DNA of 64,000 bases from NCBI GenBank assembly GCA_951406725.2, contig OX597821.1, positions 75,640,001-75,704,000 of the forward strand. Reading direction: 5' to 3'. This stretch comes from Octopus vulgaris (taxonomy: Eukaryota). The notes beneath the pieces are model-generated. The model saw only the letters and a program-made list of their open reading frames with translations. It was not told where the DNA came from and ran no database searches. A program made the position numbers and the translations under genes. This document shows positions 11,911 to 28,461 of the stretch, piece after piece. How positions within the stretch are numbered: position 1 is the first letter of the stretch; each line of letters starts with the position of its first letter.

Positions 11911-14429
11911 GCTGCGTGTATACAATGCTTCTCCCCTTCTGGAATCGGACTTTGAATTTTATGCAACGCAAGTAAGATATTTTCCATTCAGTCTGTTGAG
12001 TAATACTCTTGTGAGGAATTTCCCGTTCAAAGCAAACAGAGAAAAATCTTCGATATCTGCTGCATTCCTTCCTGTCAAGATTCCCGAAAAACGCTTTCCT
12101 GTCTTCTGCGCCATTAACGTCTTCCTATGATTCTAGCATAGTTTTAGTCGGTAAAGACGAATAAGTTCGTCTCTTCTATTCTCTGCATCTCTGCTAGAAT
12201 TCCACCCACGCCGAAAGACGATCTTATCTGAGAGTGACCAGGTTGTGATCCACACTTTTAGAATTAGCTGATCATAAGTTATTACAGCAGCAGTGGGATG
12301 CAAATTCTTATCCAAATTTTCCTTTCGACCTTTTGGGACAGTGTCATGTGACAACTTGCTGGGGCTGCCTGCTGGAGTCTAGCGGCAGGTATTTAAAGGG
12401 AAAAAAAATTGACAAATCAGTCAGTCGCCAGCTGACACTCGTGAACGCTACATCGAAGAGGCCAGGAAACAGAAGAAAGAAGACATGCAGCCAACACCAG
12501 AGCTGAAAACTCCTCCGAAAGGAAGGGGGCCCGCCATGTCAAAACGGTAGAGGAGTAGGGGCCAAAACCGGACATGGTTGCTCCTGATGCTGTATTGAGC
12601 TAACTGGATCCTATAAAGGAGCTGTTGTGGTAGCAGGCCACGAAACACGGTTGTAATTCCTCGAAACTTATTCAGTTGCTGGAGGTGTGCTGCAAAACGG
12701 ACAACGTTTAACCTTTTACGTATATCATTGTTGATTTACCAGTCAACCTCTGCTTTTACCAATTCTCTTCTGAGCTACGTACATATATTTTTGTCCAGGA
12801 TAGAAGCATCTCACGTCAACGAAATCATCATCAGCGGCTCTTTGCATCTCCGTCACTTATTTTCCCCACGGCTCCACTTCGTCTCGTATGTGGAGTTATG
12901 TGTTCTCCAATTTTAGTACAAGTTGATCAAAATCTCTCATCGTGGAAACAATTCTCTAAAGTCAACCAGACTCCACGTCATATTGTTCCTTTATCAAATA
13001 CAGCTTCATCATCTCATGCAATGTGATGCGAATCGAAGACCATCTTGCATTCGAAACTAATTCATATTCATTTTGATCTTATTTCTCACGATCCCAGAGA
13101 GAGCGATGCAAATGTGAATCCACCATAATTCACTTCATTACGTAATGAAACCCAAATTAAACCATTTCAGATTCATATCTTTAGTATCCTATTCGAACGG
13201 CGGATGGATATTCGTTGACTTGTTATTTTCGCTCAGGTCAAATTGATCGTTTGGCAGATGTGCTGAACTACAATTTTTAATGCTTAATTTCTTATGTGAG
13301 ACTGGAGAGTGATTCTGCTGGAGATTTCACAGTCATTTCTAGCAGATCATGTAACCACGTACTTGCACCTCCCTGGTTATCTAGTTCTGTATACAAAAGA
13401 CAGTAGAAATAGGCGAAAGACAAAAATATCCCTTATTTCTGTCGGTCCCCCATCTACAAAGATGGCAGAATCACTGTTACCTTTTATCTGTGTAGAGTTA
13501 ACTAAACTGAACACCAGTAATACGCTGGACTTCAATTAAAGAAAAATTATAATTAGTATTAATTATTCTATGAAGTACTATGTTATTGTCAGTAGGGAAA
13601 TGTATAAAGTTCGACGAGAATATTATCTCATGGGTATCCAAATTAATATGGAATGCCAAGAACCACTTTATAAACAGTCTCGTTGCAATAGTTTGTTAGT
13701 CTGAACACATTCTCTATTCCAAGTACTAAAAAAAAAAAAAACTACTCGCAACGTTTCTTTTGAAAGAAGCGGTCATAGTTCATGTCAGTTTATTATTGTC
13801 TCCCCCTGGTTTCGAATTTATTTTCCATTTTGTTTTCTCTTTTGTTTTATTCACGCACTCGAAAGGCGTGTGTGTAGTATTAGACGCTTGTGCTCTCTGG
13901 AGACTTGTTACAACACGCACCCTAATGTTTTACTCACAGAGAAACGGTTAATGGGACGGATACTTAGTTCAGAAATTCAGCCACATGGGAAATTAAAGCT
14001 TCCTTCTACAGAATAAAAATAGTAGTCGAAATAAAGAAATTGCGAAAGAAAAAGATGGAAGAACAGGAGGAAAAGAACGACGTAGAAAAAAAAAAAAAAG
14101 GAACGACAACAATAAAAGCAAATAAAAAGAAAAAGAGAGGGGAAAACAAGAGAATAAGAGAATAGTTTAAGAAACGGACAAGTAAATAAAACGAGCGAAA
14201 AACAGAATAAATAAACAAATAAATAAATTACACATTGTCGCAGAGAAAAGACTATGCTGTGTCTTGGGAATAATTTGGTGAGGATTCTCAAAAGAAACCA
14301 TAGACACATCAAACACGGGATGCTTAGTGTCTGTCAGTATGGATCACGACATAACGTCACTGATCTCCATTTTTATGCAAAAATGGCAGCGAGATGAAAG
14401 CACGGAACAAAAGAAAATTTAAGTATATA

Positions 14430-14483
<54 letters not shown>

Positions 14484-15034
14484 TGTATATACGCACACAT
14501 AATTATTTATATATATTTTTGTGTGTGTGTGAGTGTGTGCATGCGTGTGTATGTATGATATTCCAGTTGATGATAGCTTTTTTTTTAATATTCTTTGTAT
14601 TCATTGCTTACAGTAACAACTAAGTTCTATCTAAAATGGGAAATTATGATCTCCATCAGGGAACAAAATGTAAAAAACAAAACAGAAAATTAACATTTCA
14701 GGGTTTAAACATCCCTGAAATGTTAATTGATGTCACAATAGCCGACTTGATTTTAGTTGACAACGAATGGTAGAACATTTCTTTAAGTAAAACGACTGCT
14801 CGCGCAAAAGAAAGCATAGACGTTTCGCAGAAATTAAACTTTGACCTTCTATTTCATTGTTTTAATTTTCCATATCTTTTTTTTGTTTGTCATATATTAC
14901 GCTTGTACAAGAGTATTTCTTTAACTCCATATTTATCTACCAGTCTATCCATAATCTTTGGACACACACACACACAAGTAAATATCCACATACACAGACA
15001 TGCATTTGTGTAATCACTTGTATGCACACACACA

Positions 15035-15118
<84 letters not shown>

Positions 15119-15387
15119 TATATGTGTATGAATGTATGTATAACAGTTTCAGAGATTGTATTTCGGGTATATTGAAGCAATGCTTCAAGGGGTTTGGGAC
15201 TCCCGATATATTCAAAAACCTAACTTTGTATTAAAGGGGCGTAATCATAAAGTAGACAAATACGACGCGGCACTTTGTTCAACGCATCGATTTCGAAATC
15301 CCACGCTGAGGCAGATATTTACGCGTTTGACTGCGCATACATGCATACATCAATCTCCCCCTCTCTCTCTCTCTCTTCTTCTTCTTC

Positions 15388-15431
<44 letters not shown>

Positions 15432-15470
15432 CGGAGAGAGAGAGAGGGGGAGAGAGAGAGAGAGAGAGGG

Positions 15471-15511
<41 letters not shown>

Positions 15512-15734
15512 AAACGAAAAGTCAAACTGCGACTTTATGAACTCACTAACGACATCTTACGAGTTCCTGCGATTTCTCATCTGTCTCTCTGAGTCAAACA
15601 CGCTGCTGCTTATACGAGTTCGGCTAGTCTCATAGTGTGTATCATTATTCACCCCATATCATCTCCCCTTTTGAGATTCCGTAGGAAGTGTAAATTGTTT
15701 ATATAATTTTATCCTTTCTCTCTTTTCATCATCA

Positions 15735-15748
15735 CCTCTCCCTTTTTT
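15735..15748 (-). promoter_or_regulatory. Polypurine tract of the Gypsy element followed by TG (candidate 3' LTR start)
   Basis: Minus strand AAAAAAGGGAGAGG-TG. A second PPT-like AAAAGGGGAGA-TG lies at 15662-15672. Confidence 0.6.
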
Positions 15749-16230
15749 GAGATTTTAATTTCCCCAGAAGTTTTAATACTTACAACGCGGCAATCGCGGT
15801 ATCTTCGTATTTTTTGGAAATAGCCTTGATAAAGAATCCGCATGGTCTAACCTCTTGGATGCTATATATTCCATCTTAAAGTCGTAATTCCTCAAGATCG
15901 TAAACCCAGTGTTGTAACCTATTTGCAGTATGGCTAGGAATTCTTTTCTTCGGCCCCAAAATTGATAATAATGGTCGGTGATGAGTTCGTAACCGAAAAC
16001 TTCTACCGTACAAAAATCTGTGAAATTTCTTCAAGGCAAAAATGATCGCTAGAGCCTCTTTCTCTATTTGACTATAGTTTTACTCTGCCGCTATCAGAGA
16101 ACGTGAGGCATGATCCACTGCCTTCATGTTACTGTCTTGTATAATATATTTGTGTAGCATTACTACTCCTATGCCGTATTCAGAAGCGTCTCCATCGCAG
16201 GATCGAAATGAACCAGACAAATCCGATATA

Positions 16231-16657
16231 CTCTTTTACTCTTTACTCTTTTACTTGTTTCAGTCATTTGACTGCGGCCATGCTGGAGCACCGCCTTTAG
16301 TCGAGCAAATCGACCCCGGGACTTATTCTTTGTAAACCCAGTACTTATTCTATCGGTCTCTTTTGCCGAACCGCTAAGTGACGGGGACGTAAACACACCA
16401 GCATCGGTTGTCAAGCGATGTTGGGGGGGGGGACAAACACAGACACACAAACATATAAACACACATACACACACATATATATATACATATATACGACAGG
16501 CTTCTTTCAGTTTCCGTCTACCAAATCCACTCACAAGGCATTGGTCGGCCCGGGGCTATAGCAGAAAACACTTGCCCAAGATGCCACGCAGTGGGACTGA
16601 ACCCGGAACCATGTGGTTGGTTAGCAAGCTACTTACCACACAGCCACTCCTGCGCCT
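16231..16657 (-). mobile_element. SINE family A, young copy inserted between Gypsy RT and RNase H
   Basis: Full head to tail. Removing it plus one ATAT copy rejoins pol as ...KKILI-SDL... Confidence 0.93.
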
Positions 16658-18949
16658 ATATTAATATTTTTTAATATGTTCAAACGCCTTTTGACAATTA
16701 TTTGACTAATTCCATTTCCCACAGCTTTCTTTCAGCAAATTATTTAGTGGAGCTCTCAATTCATGTATATTTGGTATACAATTTTGATAATAATTCTCTT
16801 GACCTAGAAAAGCTTGTAAGGTCGTTATATTAGTCTGAGGAGGCATATTTCCAATTGCGTTTGCCTTGGACGGGTGCGGTGGTCGTCCATTCCTGTCGAT
16901 AATTTCTTCTAAATACTTAATTTTAGGTAAGAAAAATACACATCTTCTTCACTCAGTGTGGAACCGTAATCTATTATTTTTTTTCAAAAATACATTTTAT
17001 ATGCTCTAAATGCTAATCATGAGAGTCACTTTTAATTAATATATCATCCAGGTATGGAATTGCTAATTCACAATACGCTAACACTGCATCCATAACTTAT
17101 TGGAAAATTGCAGGTGAGACCTTTAGACCAAACGGTAATCTGATATGTTAATATAGTCCTTTATGAGTATTCACTGTTAGGTATTTTGAGTATTCTTCGT
17201 CTACTCTAATTTGTAGGTACGCGTCAGAGAGATCCAGTTTCGAAAATATTTTGCCCCGTTTAACTTCGGCAAAATATCTTCCGAAGTACGTAGCTGGTAG
17301 TGACATGTTTTCAGATGTTCATTCAAGTCAGTGGAAAAATCGGCTCACACACTGATTTTGTTATTCTTTTTTTTTAATATACACTTTTGGAGCTGCCCAT
17401 TTTGCATATTCCACTTTTTGGATGACGCCAATTCTCTCTAATCTGTTTAATTTTTCGTAGACATGCTTCGTCACAGCAAATGGTACCATTGTGTTTGGTT
17501 TGAACTCTGGTATTGCGTTTTCTTTAAATTGGAAATGTGCCTTAGTACACAAACTTAATTTATCCGACAATAATTGAGGAAAAGCATTTCAAAATTTTTT
17601 CTTCATTTCATCTGACACTTTAATCTTATTGAAAGAACAATCATTTATGTTTTTACAGAACAGGTTTATGAGGTGGTCCTTTAAATCAAACATGTCCATC
17701 CAGTCAATACCGAACAAGTTGTTGCATATTTTTAACACAAACACATTTGCTTTACAAGTTTTACCACGAAATGTAATGTCGCTTACCATTTTGCCTTAGA
17801 AGTGTAATCTTTCACCTGTGACACCTTACGCACTTTTCGATGTTTCCCACTATTCTTCCACGTGTCGGTATTAATAATTGAAATGTCGCTACCTATGTCT
17901 AGTTGTAGTTTCATGTTCGCGTCGTGTATTTTTACATTCACATATTTTCTTTTTGGGGTGACGTTACGACTTGCCGTTGAGTAAACCTTTTTAGAAGGTT
18001 CTTTTTCCGACCTTCTTTGCTTCGCTATGCAGTGCCAGATTTTATGTCTTATTTTTGACAACTAAATCATTTCCGAGTTTTAAATGGACAGACTTTCTTA
18101 AAATACAGACCTCCACACCCATAGAATGGATTTGGTAGTAACACTATATTTTTCTTATTTATTCCCGGTCGATATGTCTATACTTGAAAGAAATTTTTTT
18201 TTCGTCCTGTCGCAATTTATAATTCCTTGACATTCCTCTACTACTGCCAACAGGGTTAAATTTTGGCCCTCCTGTTCCAGTTTTGTAAGAATCCGTGCGC
18301 GTATTTCTGTATCTTTGCCGTCAAACCTTGCACAAAAATGAGGCATTCAAACATGTCCAGAGAGAATTATTTCAGCTTAAATTTTTCGCACATTCTATTT
18401 ACGATTCCAGAATAAGTGGCAAACTCTTCGTCCTCTTTCTTTACTAAGTTCAAACACTCCCACCGAGTGTTAAGCAGGGAACGCATACCGTTGAACATTT
18501 TGGATAGCAATTCAACTGTTTCCTAGAAGTAAATTTCACTTGTTTTTATGCAAGATAAAACTGCAATATTTTTTATGCTCAGTAGATTCACTTCATCGTC
18601 TATCTAACACTTGCATTCTTCCTTGGAGATTTCTTTGTAACTTCTGAAGTACGCCGAAAAGTTACACCCTCTTCTGGGTTGCAACTAAATTCAGTTATAG
18701 CATTCACTACGCCGTCATTCGAAAACGAACTTGCTGTGTTTCCCTTCTTCTTTGACCATAACTCCATCAACTGTTTGTGTGGTAGTTGTTGCTGCTGTTG
18801 CTGTTGCTTTTGCAATTGTAATATGTCAGCTGATGGGTCTTCCATAATTAACTAATTTGTTGTATTCTAAAAAATTGTTAATGATCAACGTAAGCTTCGA
18901 ATCACTTGTGACCACTTTTATAACGTGGTTTCTCTATATGTCACTAAAT

Positions 18950-19470
18950 TCCTGACGCGCCTCGCCTTCAAGAACCATGCCACTGCGGATAACCGACGAA
19001 AACACCAGCAAGCATCAGCGGAATGCCAGCGGGGAATTAGAGAATCTCAGAACATCTGGCTCCTGAGAAAAGCAGATGAGATGAAAAACTATGCGGACCA
19101 AAGAGACTTGCGCCGCTTTTTTGCCGCAACCAAGGAGCTCTTCGGCCACACAAGGTCATCAGTGGGTGGCCTGAAGCCCGCAGATAGCTCTACGATAACC
19201 GATACCCACGGATTCCTCGATCGCTTGAAGTCCCATTTCGAGAGCCTAATTAACGACCACTCACGCACTCCAGATAATCTCCTCCAAAAAACCCCCACAG
19301 CTTCCCATCCGCCATTGGATGCCTCTGCGGCCCTCGCCCATGAGTTCAATAAGGCACTCGAGCGTATGAAGCCGGGCAAAGCTTCAGGACCAGACAACAT
19401 CCCATTTGAGTTTTTCACGCAAGGAGATCCTGTGCTGAGAAATCATCTGATGCCCCTTATCCTTATTGAT
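18950..19470 (+). mobile_element. RTE-clade (BovB-like) LINE ORF2 fragment, linker plus start of RT
   Basis: WLLRKADEMKNYADQRDLRRFFAATKELFG and EFNKALERMKPGKASGPDNIPFEFFTQGDPVLRNHL resemble RTE ORF2 (KAPGPDGIPAE motif). GC-rich relative to its flanks. Confidence 0.82.
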
Positions 19471-20459
19471 CAATGGAAATGCGGCGATTCAATCGACATA
19501 CCCCTCCCCTCAAAACTGCTGGCCTGGTGTCAAACTTTGAAACTAGAACACGAGCTAGAATGAACTTAGCTAAAGATATGTAATAACCAGATGCTTTTGG
19601 TGGAAAATGGGTGAAAGATTAAGACTATTTCTCATGGCATCTAAGTACAAAGAACCAGAACATGTGTTACATTGTCAATTTACATTCTTGAACTTTACTT
19701 CATCGACCCCAAAATACTGAAAAGCAAAGGTACCTACAACGGAATTTGAGTCGATAACTAAGAGCCAGAATATATATCTCAAGATATTTTTTCCTTCGCT
19801 CTTTCACCTCTCCGTATGCGCAGTTGATGAATCAAAAGCCAGTCAGTCAGAAAGTTATTTGATTTGGCAACAGAAACAAGACCGAAGTCCAGACCCCTTC
19901 GTCCGCTACCCTAGCATGTTACTGATTTGGCCATCTTCCTTAATAAAAGTCTCTGCCTAAAATAATTTGTATTCAACTTTGCTTTCGTTTCTATTATTTT
20001 TTGTGAATGACTTCTCTTAGACCAAATGAATATATTTCCCACGTAATCTGTTCACTAAGTTCATAAATAATGTGCGTTCTTATTGTTGATATTTGAAAAC
20101 AGAAAATGAAATATTAGAAGAACATGTTTTAAGTATGATTGATATTTCTGTATTTAATTTTCCGTTGTTAATTTGTACATAATTAGTGAGCAAACGGGAA
20201 ACTAAAACAAATTATAGGACGAACTAGAAGCAAAACATATTTGAAATACGTCAGAAATCCAATTTACTATCACAGAACTAAAGCACTTTAATAATAAGTT
20301 ATGTAATATTTATAACCAACAATAAGGCCATAGGGAAACAAGTTTATATATATATACACACACATATATTCGTTCATGCTTTCGATTCGAAATCCTCTAC
20401 TATTTTATACGTATGTATGTATCCAGGTCAATAACATCTTAATTTTATTCTGGATTTCT

Positions 20460-21100
20460 AAGTGGTGGACTAACAGAATCTTTGTCACACCAAGCAAAAT
20501 GCTTAGCGGTATTTCGTCTGCAGTTACGTTCTGAGTTCAAATTCCGCCGAGGTCGACTTTGCCTTTCATCCTTTCGGGGTCGATAAATTAAGTACCAGTT
20601 ATGCACTGGGGTCGATATAATCGACTTAATATGTTTGTCTATCCTTGTTTGTTCTCTCTGTGTTTAGCCCCTCGTGGGTAGTAAAGAAATAGGTATTTCG
20701 TCTGTCTCTACGTTCTGAGTTCAAATTCTGCGGAGGTCAACTTTGCATTACATCCTTCAAGCTCCATAAAATAAGTACCAGTCGAAGACTAGTGCCGATG
20801 TAGTCGACTTAAGCCCTTCCCTGAAACTGCTAACTTTGTGTCAAAATTTGAAGCCAATATTATTTTGGATTTGAAGGCGACGCCCTGGCTGAATCGTTAC
20901 TACACTGGACAAAATTTCTAGCAGCGTCTCGTCTGTCTTTACGCCCTCAGTTTAAATTCCACCGAAATCCACTTTGCATTCCATCCATTCAAGTTCGATA
21001 AAAGTATCATCTGAGCACTGGTGTCGATATAATCTACTTGCCCAGAACCCTCACTCCGAAATTGCTGGCCTTGTGCCAAAATTTGAGATCAATATATTAT
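20460..21100 (+). mobile_element. SINE family B dimer (20460-20870) followed by a diverged monomer (20875-21100)
   Basis: Repeated TATTTCGTCTG...GTTCTGAGTTCAAATT...GATAAA..AAGTACCAG units. Confidence 0.85.
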
Positions 21101-23198
21101 GGGTTTCCGGACGATGGTTTCAGAGATTTTGAAAAGCGATGGACAAGCTATGCTTTATGTAGTTGTGCTTATGGTTTTAATTCGGATAACGTCAATATTA
21201 CCTTCAGCTTTCATAATTCTAGAAAGTAAGAACCAGCGAAATACTTGTCAATTAAATCGATTATTCATAGTTTATGTCAGAAATCAATGTGTTTGTGAGT
21301 GTCTAATTTAAATGCTTTTTAGACGTAAGAAATAAATATAGGGAAAGTTGAATGTTTGACGACTAGGACACTGGCACAATGCTTAGTTTGGCCCCTGTCT
21401 TTTCCCGTGATCTCTTCTTAATTGATGGTAGCTCTTCTAAAATATAAACAGACAAAAGTTTCCTTCTCGAGCCATGCCAGGCTCATAAGGGCCGGTTTCC
21501 CAGTTTTATTGGCCAAAATTTGAAAGTATTATGGATAAGATAAGCAGCAGTGGTATCTGTACAGTTAAACCAGGATCGCTCTTACATTCATCATGTTTTA
21601 CATTAAAATAATACTGTAATCCTCGTGCTTATTTTCGCTTCGATGATGTGAAATGAATAAGAGATGAAACCTCTTACTCAGACTGCGGAAACTAGGAAGA
21701 TATTGTCAGCAATTTCCTTTGTTAAAATAACAGGAGCAATCAATGAATTAATATTTCTAGTTAACCAATTTATGCTTTAGACGGCTCTTAGAGTTTCATA
21801 GGCTCAGAAGTAAGGGTCTCTTCCATTCACCAATGAGAACGTTTGCTGAAATACGATTGATTTGACGCGAGCTTTGAGATGAAACTCGGTGAATTCTTAA
21901 CTATCTACATATATACATGCGTGCGTATGCTAGTGTACGGCGTGTGTGTGTGTGTTGTACGTATGGATGTGTCATGATCTTCAAAATATGGAACTGATAA
22001 TAAATAATGATGCCTCGCTCGATGGATATATAACTAAAAGTGCAAATCCATGAAGGTATTTTGCAGTTTGGGTCTTGAGAACGTTTAGAAGGAAAAGAAA
22101 AATACCTTTTTTGGACTTGGTTTGCAAGATTCTTTATATGAGTTCGTGTGTTGAAGCATATTCTATTGTGTCTGGAGAGAGTCATTTTCTTTTTGTGCCT
22201 TTATTATGTAACACACTCACCGGTAAAATTTCCACGTTTTTCTTATTTTTATTGTCCTCTCCCCGGACACAATAAAAAATGATACCTTTTCTATGGATAT
22301 TGACACCTTGGATCTCTGCTCCTGTCTAGGATCGTGTCACAGTCGATAGAATTGGAAACGTATCTAATCGATATACACATTGACCACTGCATATATACAG
22401 CTACTGGAACTCATACAAATACAAGCATGCTCGCGCACATACGCATGCGCACACGCATACACACACACACAGAGACAAACTTGGGATCAGCAGCTACTCA
22501 ATCTGAAGATCCCAGGCGCATACGCCTTTCTATCCACCAGTTTTCGGGGGCCTAAACTATTTAATATCAGAGCCCAACCTCCACGGATTCACTTCGAATA
22601 AAAAATAAAGTACTTTTAAAAAGTTAAGAAAAACAAGATTTTTCTATCATTAATGAATTACCGTGATCAGCAAGTCCGGCCAGTTCCTCTCTCTATCCCA
22701 CATCACTCGCTGGCTGATTATTCGCCAATATACAATGTAGGAAATGTGATTAAATGACTTGCCAGCAGGCCGAACTGATTAAATAGTCCTCCCCAGCTGG
22801 AGATAAATTAAATTCAATTTCTCCTCTATGTTTGCTATATATTTCTTCAAATTTTCAGCTCATTTAGAATTTTACAACCTCGAGCTAAACAGAGATTTAA
22901 ACAAACTACAAGATGTTCCATTCGAATCTACATGCGAAATAATTTTTTTTTTTTTTTTGGTAGATTCGCTTTGGTCTTGTTTTTATTTTGATATTTACGT
23001 TATACTTACTTTCAATTTGTTACTCGCCGTTTTTGTTCAAATTCGTTTCCTTTCTTTTATTTTATTAACGCCGTTCTTTTCCAACTTTAATTTCCCCCAC
23101 CGTTGACAGAAATTACTTGTAAAGAACTGTTTAAAGTAAGGCAATAGAAATCAAAGAGCTACACTCGCAATAACAACAACAACGTCAACAGCAGAAAA

Positions 23199-23245
<47 letters not shown>

Positions 23246-24848
23246 AAATGAAAAAAAAATATTGTTTTGACGTTTATTAATCATTTATTATTTATTTATT
23301 CCTGTGTGTACTCCAAGCCAGCAACACCCCACATCTACCGTCAAGCACATTGCGCCATCTCTAACTTCAACCTTTCTCTCTAGTAAAAACCAAATCCGAG
23401 ATAGATGAGCAACAATAGTTTCGTATTTCGCCGCTTAGTGCCAGAGGCAATTTTATACCTCATTCAAATATTCGACCATACGTTATGTTTCCTTGTGCCA
23501 GAATTTCCAGTTTGCTTTCATTAATTTTCTTCTTTTCACAATTTCATAATAAAAAAATAAATAAATAAACAAATAAATAAAATAAAAATTAAATTAAAGC
23601 AAAACAATCAAACAACTAAACTTTTTTTTTTTTCGTAAATTTGTCCCGCTTTTACATTTTAATACTTACATACACGTGTTGTTATACACTTTCATTCATC
23701 CGATTCTACATATATATATATACACATTCGCTCACACACACATATACTGTTTGCAGTTAGACACGCAAGTAGGTGGAACTTCGGCAAAACATCATTTTTC
23801 TCTTTTTTTCTTTCTTGCATTCTTTCTTATCTCTTTCCTTCTCTCCTATCTTTTCCTCTCACACATTCGATTACACATATAATACGCACAGATACAAACA
23901 TATCATAATAGAGATACATACACATGTTTATACATGTATATACCTACATACGCACAAATCAATGTATATATGTATATATATATATATATATGTACGTATT
24001 TATGTATGTATTATAGGGACATGTTATATGCACACACACATGGATATAAGTACATCCATATATACATAGATATGTGCACTACTAGGCACACATACACACG
24101 CATACACATTCATACGGAAACAAATTTACACATTCGACTACTTAACCTTATTTACGATGCATATTTTTCATATTTTTGCTAAAAATTTTATATTTTCGAT
24201 TTCAAACTAAGAGCAGCGAAATTGAAAGAAGAACACGAAATAACATTTAAAAACTTTGCAGACATCAATTATGCATTCAGTAACATAAAGAAGAAGAAAA
24301 AATAAACAGACAGAACTAGTTCTTCGCTAAATAAATCAATGAATGAAGAAAATTTATATTTGTTTTTAACCAGCGCCCAATATCTGTTAATAAAGATAAT
24401 AAAGGAAATTGAAAACTGTTAGATTTTACCGTAGCAAAAAATAAATAAACGGATAAATGAATAATGATGATGATGATGGTTGTGATGATGACGTTGATGA
24501 TGATGATGATGATGATGAAAGAAAATAGAAACGTATGTTAAATTTTAACCAGCACAACATAAGCGAACATAGGCAAATATGTAACGGTACAAAGAAATAA
24601 ATAGCGATACACACATACGCATATACTCACATTTACATATATGCACCCATGATAATAGTAATAAAGAAAAGCCTAGGGTTAAAAACAAAAAAAAAATTCC
24701 CCGTCGTTGTATCCACGTCGTTTCGGTTTCAGCCCCACTGCGCGGGAAATTGGGCAAATGTCTTCTACCAAAACTTCCGGCCAACTAACACGAATTGTAT
24801 CTGAGTGAATTCGGTAGACGAAAACTGTCCGGAAACACGACATGTAAG

Positions 24849-24929
<81 letters not shown>

Positions 24930-25241
24930 CTAACTATCTATCTATCTATTTATATTTCTGTCTAGGTATGTGTGTATGTATGTATCTATCTATATAGCTG
25001 TATGTCTGTCTGTCGGTCTATCTGTCTATCTGTCTATCTGTCTATCTATCTATTTTTCTGTCTATCTACCTATTTTTCTATCTGTTTGTTTATCTGTCTG
25101 TCACTTTCTATCTCTTTCTCTCTATATATACAGAAACAGACAGATACATACACACATACAGACACACACACACACATGTTTGCCTTTGAGTTTGTATCCC
25201 ACTTCCGCCACATGGTGGCTGGGTTCGCTTTTTAAGGAAGT

Positions 25242-25497
25242 AAGTGGTTCTCAATGAGGGGGGGGGCACACGATCCTTGGTGGTCAACATATGATTTTGC
25301 TTGTAAAATTGAGTTTGGAACAAATTATTTATACTTCTCCAATGCACAATGTATTTTTTAAAAATTTCAAATCATAATAACACCTGAATATAGATATATA
25401 ATAGCATGTTTTAAAACATCGAATGGATTTGAGGGTCCACCCGAGAAAAATAGGAATGAAGTGGATCCATATATAGCAAATGGCTGAAAAAGACAGA
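25242..25497. mobile_element. Possible hAT (Charlie-like) MITE remnant
   Basis: Left end AGTGGTTCTCAA resembles hAT TIRs of the CAGTGGTTCTCAACC type. The right end is very degenerate. Confidence 0.35.
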
Positions 25498-26073
25498 AAT
25501 AAACCCTTCAAAGCTGTGGACACGGCATTGCCGCAATCAAAGAAATAAAACAAGTAAAATAAAAAAAACATAGAAATAAACAAGCTTTTGAGGGTTTTAT
25601 AGATATTTCAAAATGATGATGTTATGATGCTAGTTGTTTTCATTATGTTGTCCAACCCCAGTATATATATAGATATATATACGACGGGCTTCTTTCATTT
25701 TCCGTCTACCAAATCGACTCGCAACGCATCTTAGGGGATATAATTTTGGAAGCAGTTACAGATGGTGACTGTCTTAAAAACATCTTCGATCATAGCTCAA
25801 TGGATCAGGACGACTCAAAAGTTAAACAACGACATTAACAACAAATAAATACACATACGTACTGAATATGAATAGGATATTCAATATTCAAAGAGGGGGA
25901 ATAGTAAGAATCAAACAACATATGTTTGCGGCACATATTCGAGTCATTTTGTGCCAAATCACCTGAGACACTTCCACATGTAGGCAAATCATTCCCGCAC
26001 TGCACTCATTAAGCTGAAGAGAAATGGAAACATCACTAGGCTTCAACGCATTACATGTAAGCTGTATTTCTAA

Positions 26074-28160
<2,087 letters not shown>

Positions 28161-28461
28161 AGAGCAAATAATTCAGGAGAAAATACTTGCGAAAATATTA
28201 TTGACTCTGTTATTATCTAGTGTAACAGTTAGATAGTTAACCCAAGTTAAAGTCTCACGCAATGAGGTAAAGCCAAGACCTGAATGTTTATATACGTCTT
28301 CATCACATAGCAATGCTTGATTTCCGATTTAATAGAGCTTAAGCCTTTTGTACAACTTCTTGACCACGTGTCCATTCTTATATGTTGTAGATATCAACAA
28401 AAAGAAGAATATGATGACGGAATCAGCGAAGCATCAGCTGTAAATTTTGGTAAGAATAATA

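Larger units (their letters stand above)
15510..18914 (-). mobile_element. Decayed Ty3/Gypsy LTR retrotransposon (Mag/K02A2.6-like): gag, zinc-knuckle remnant, aspartic protease, RT, RNase H; no integrase
   Basis: gag from ATG 18845 (ITEFSCNPEEGVTF; DTEIRARILTKLEQ). Protease LQLDIGSDISII. RT WAAP, FSKLDLSDAYLQI, RLPFGLKVSPAIFQ and YLDD (17043-17054). RNase H DASEYGIGVV, NYSQIEKEALAIIFALKKFHRFLYGRSF and HADSLSRL. Many stops and frameshifts. The 3' LTR extent is a guess. Confidence 0.92.

Noticed and set aside
13372-13395. Resemblance to miR-9 (TGGTTATCTAG..CTGTAT)
   Set aside because: The seed region does not match, there is an insertion, and no star arm is visible.
18901-18914. Assigning the Gypsy PBS to a specific tRNA
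   Set aside because: The TGG start and position fit a PBS, but it is too degenerate to name the primer tRNA.
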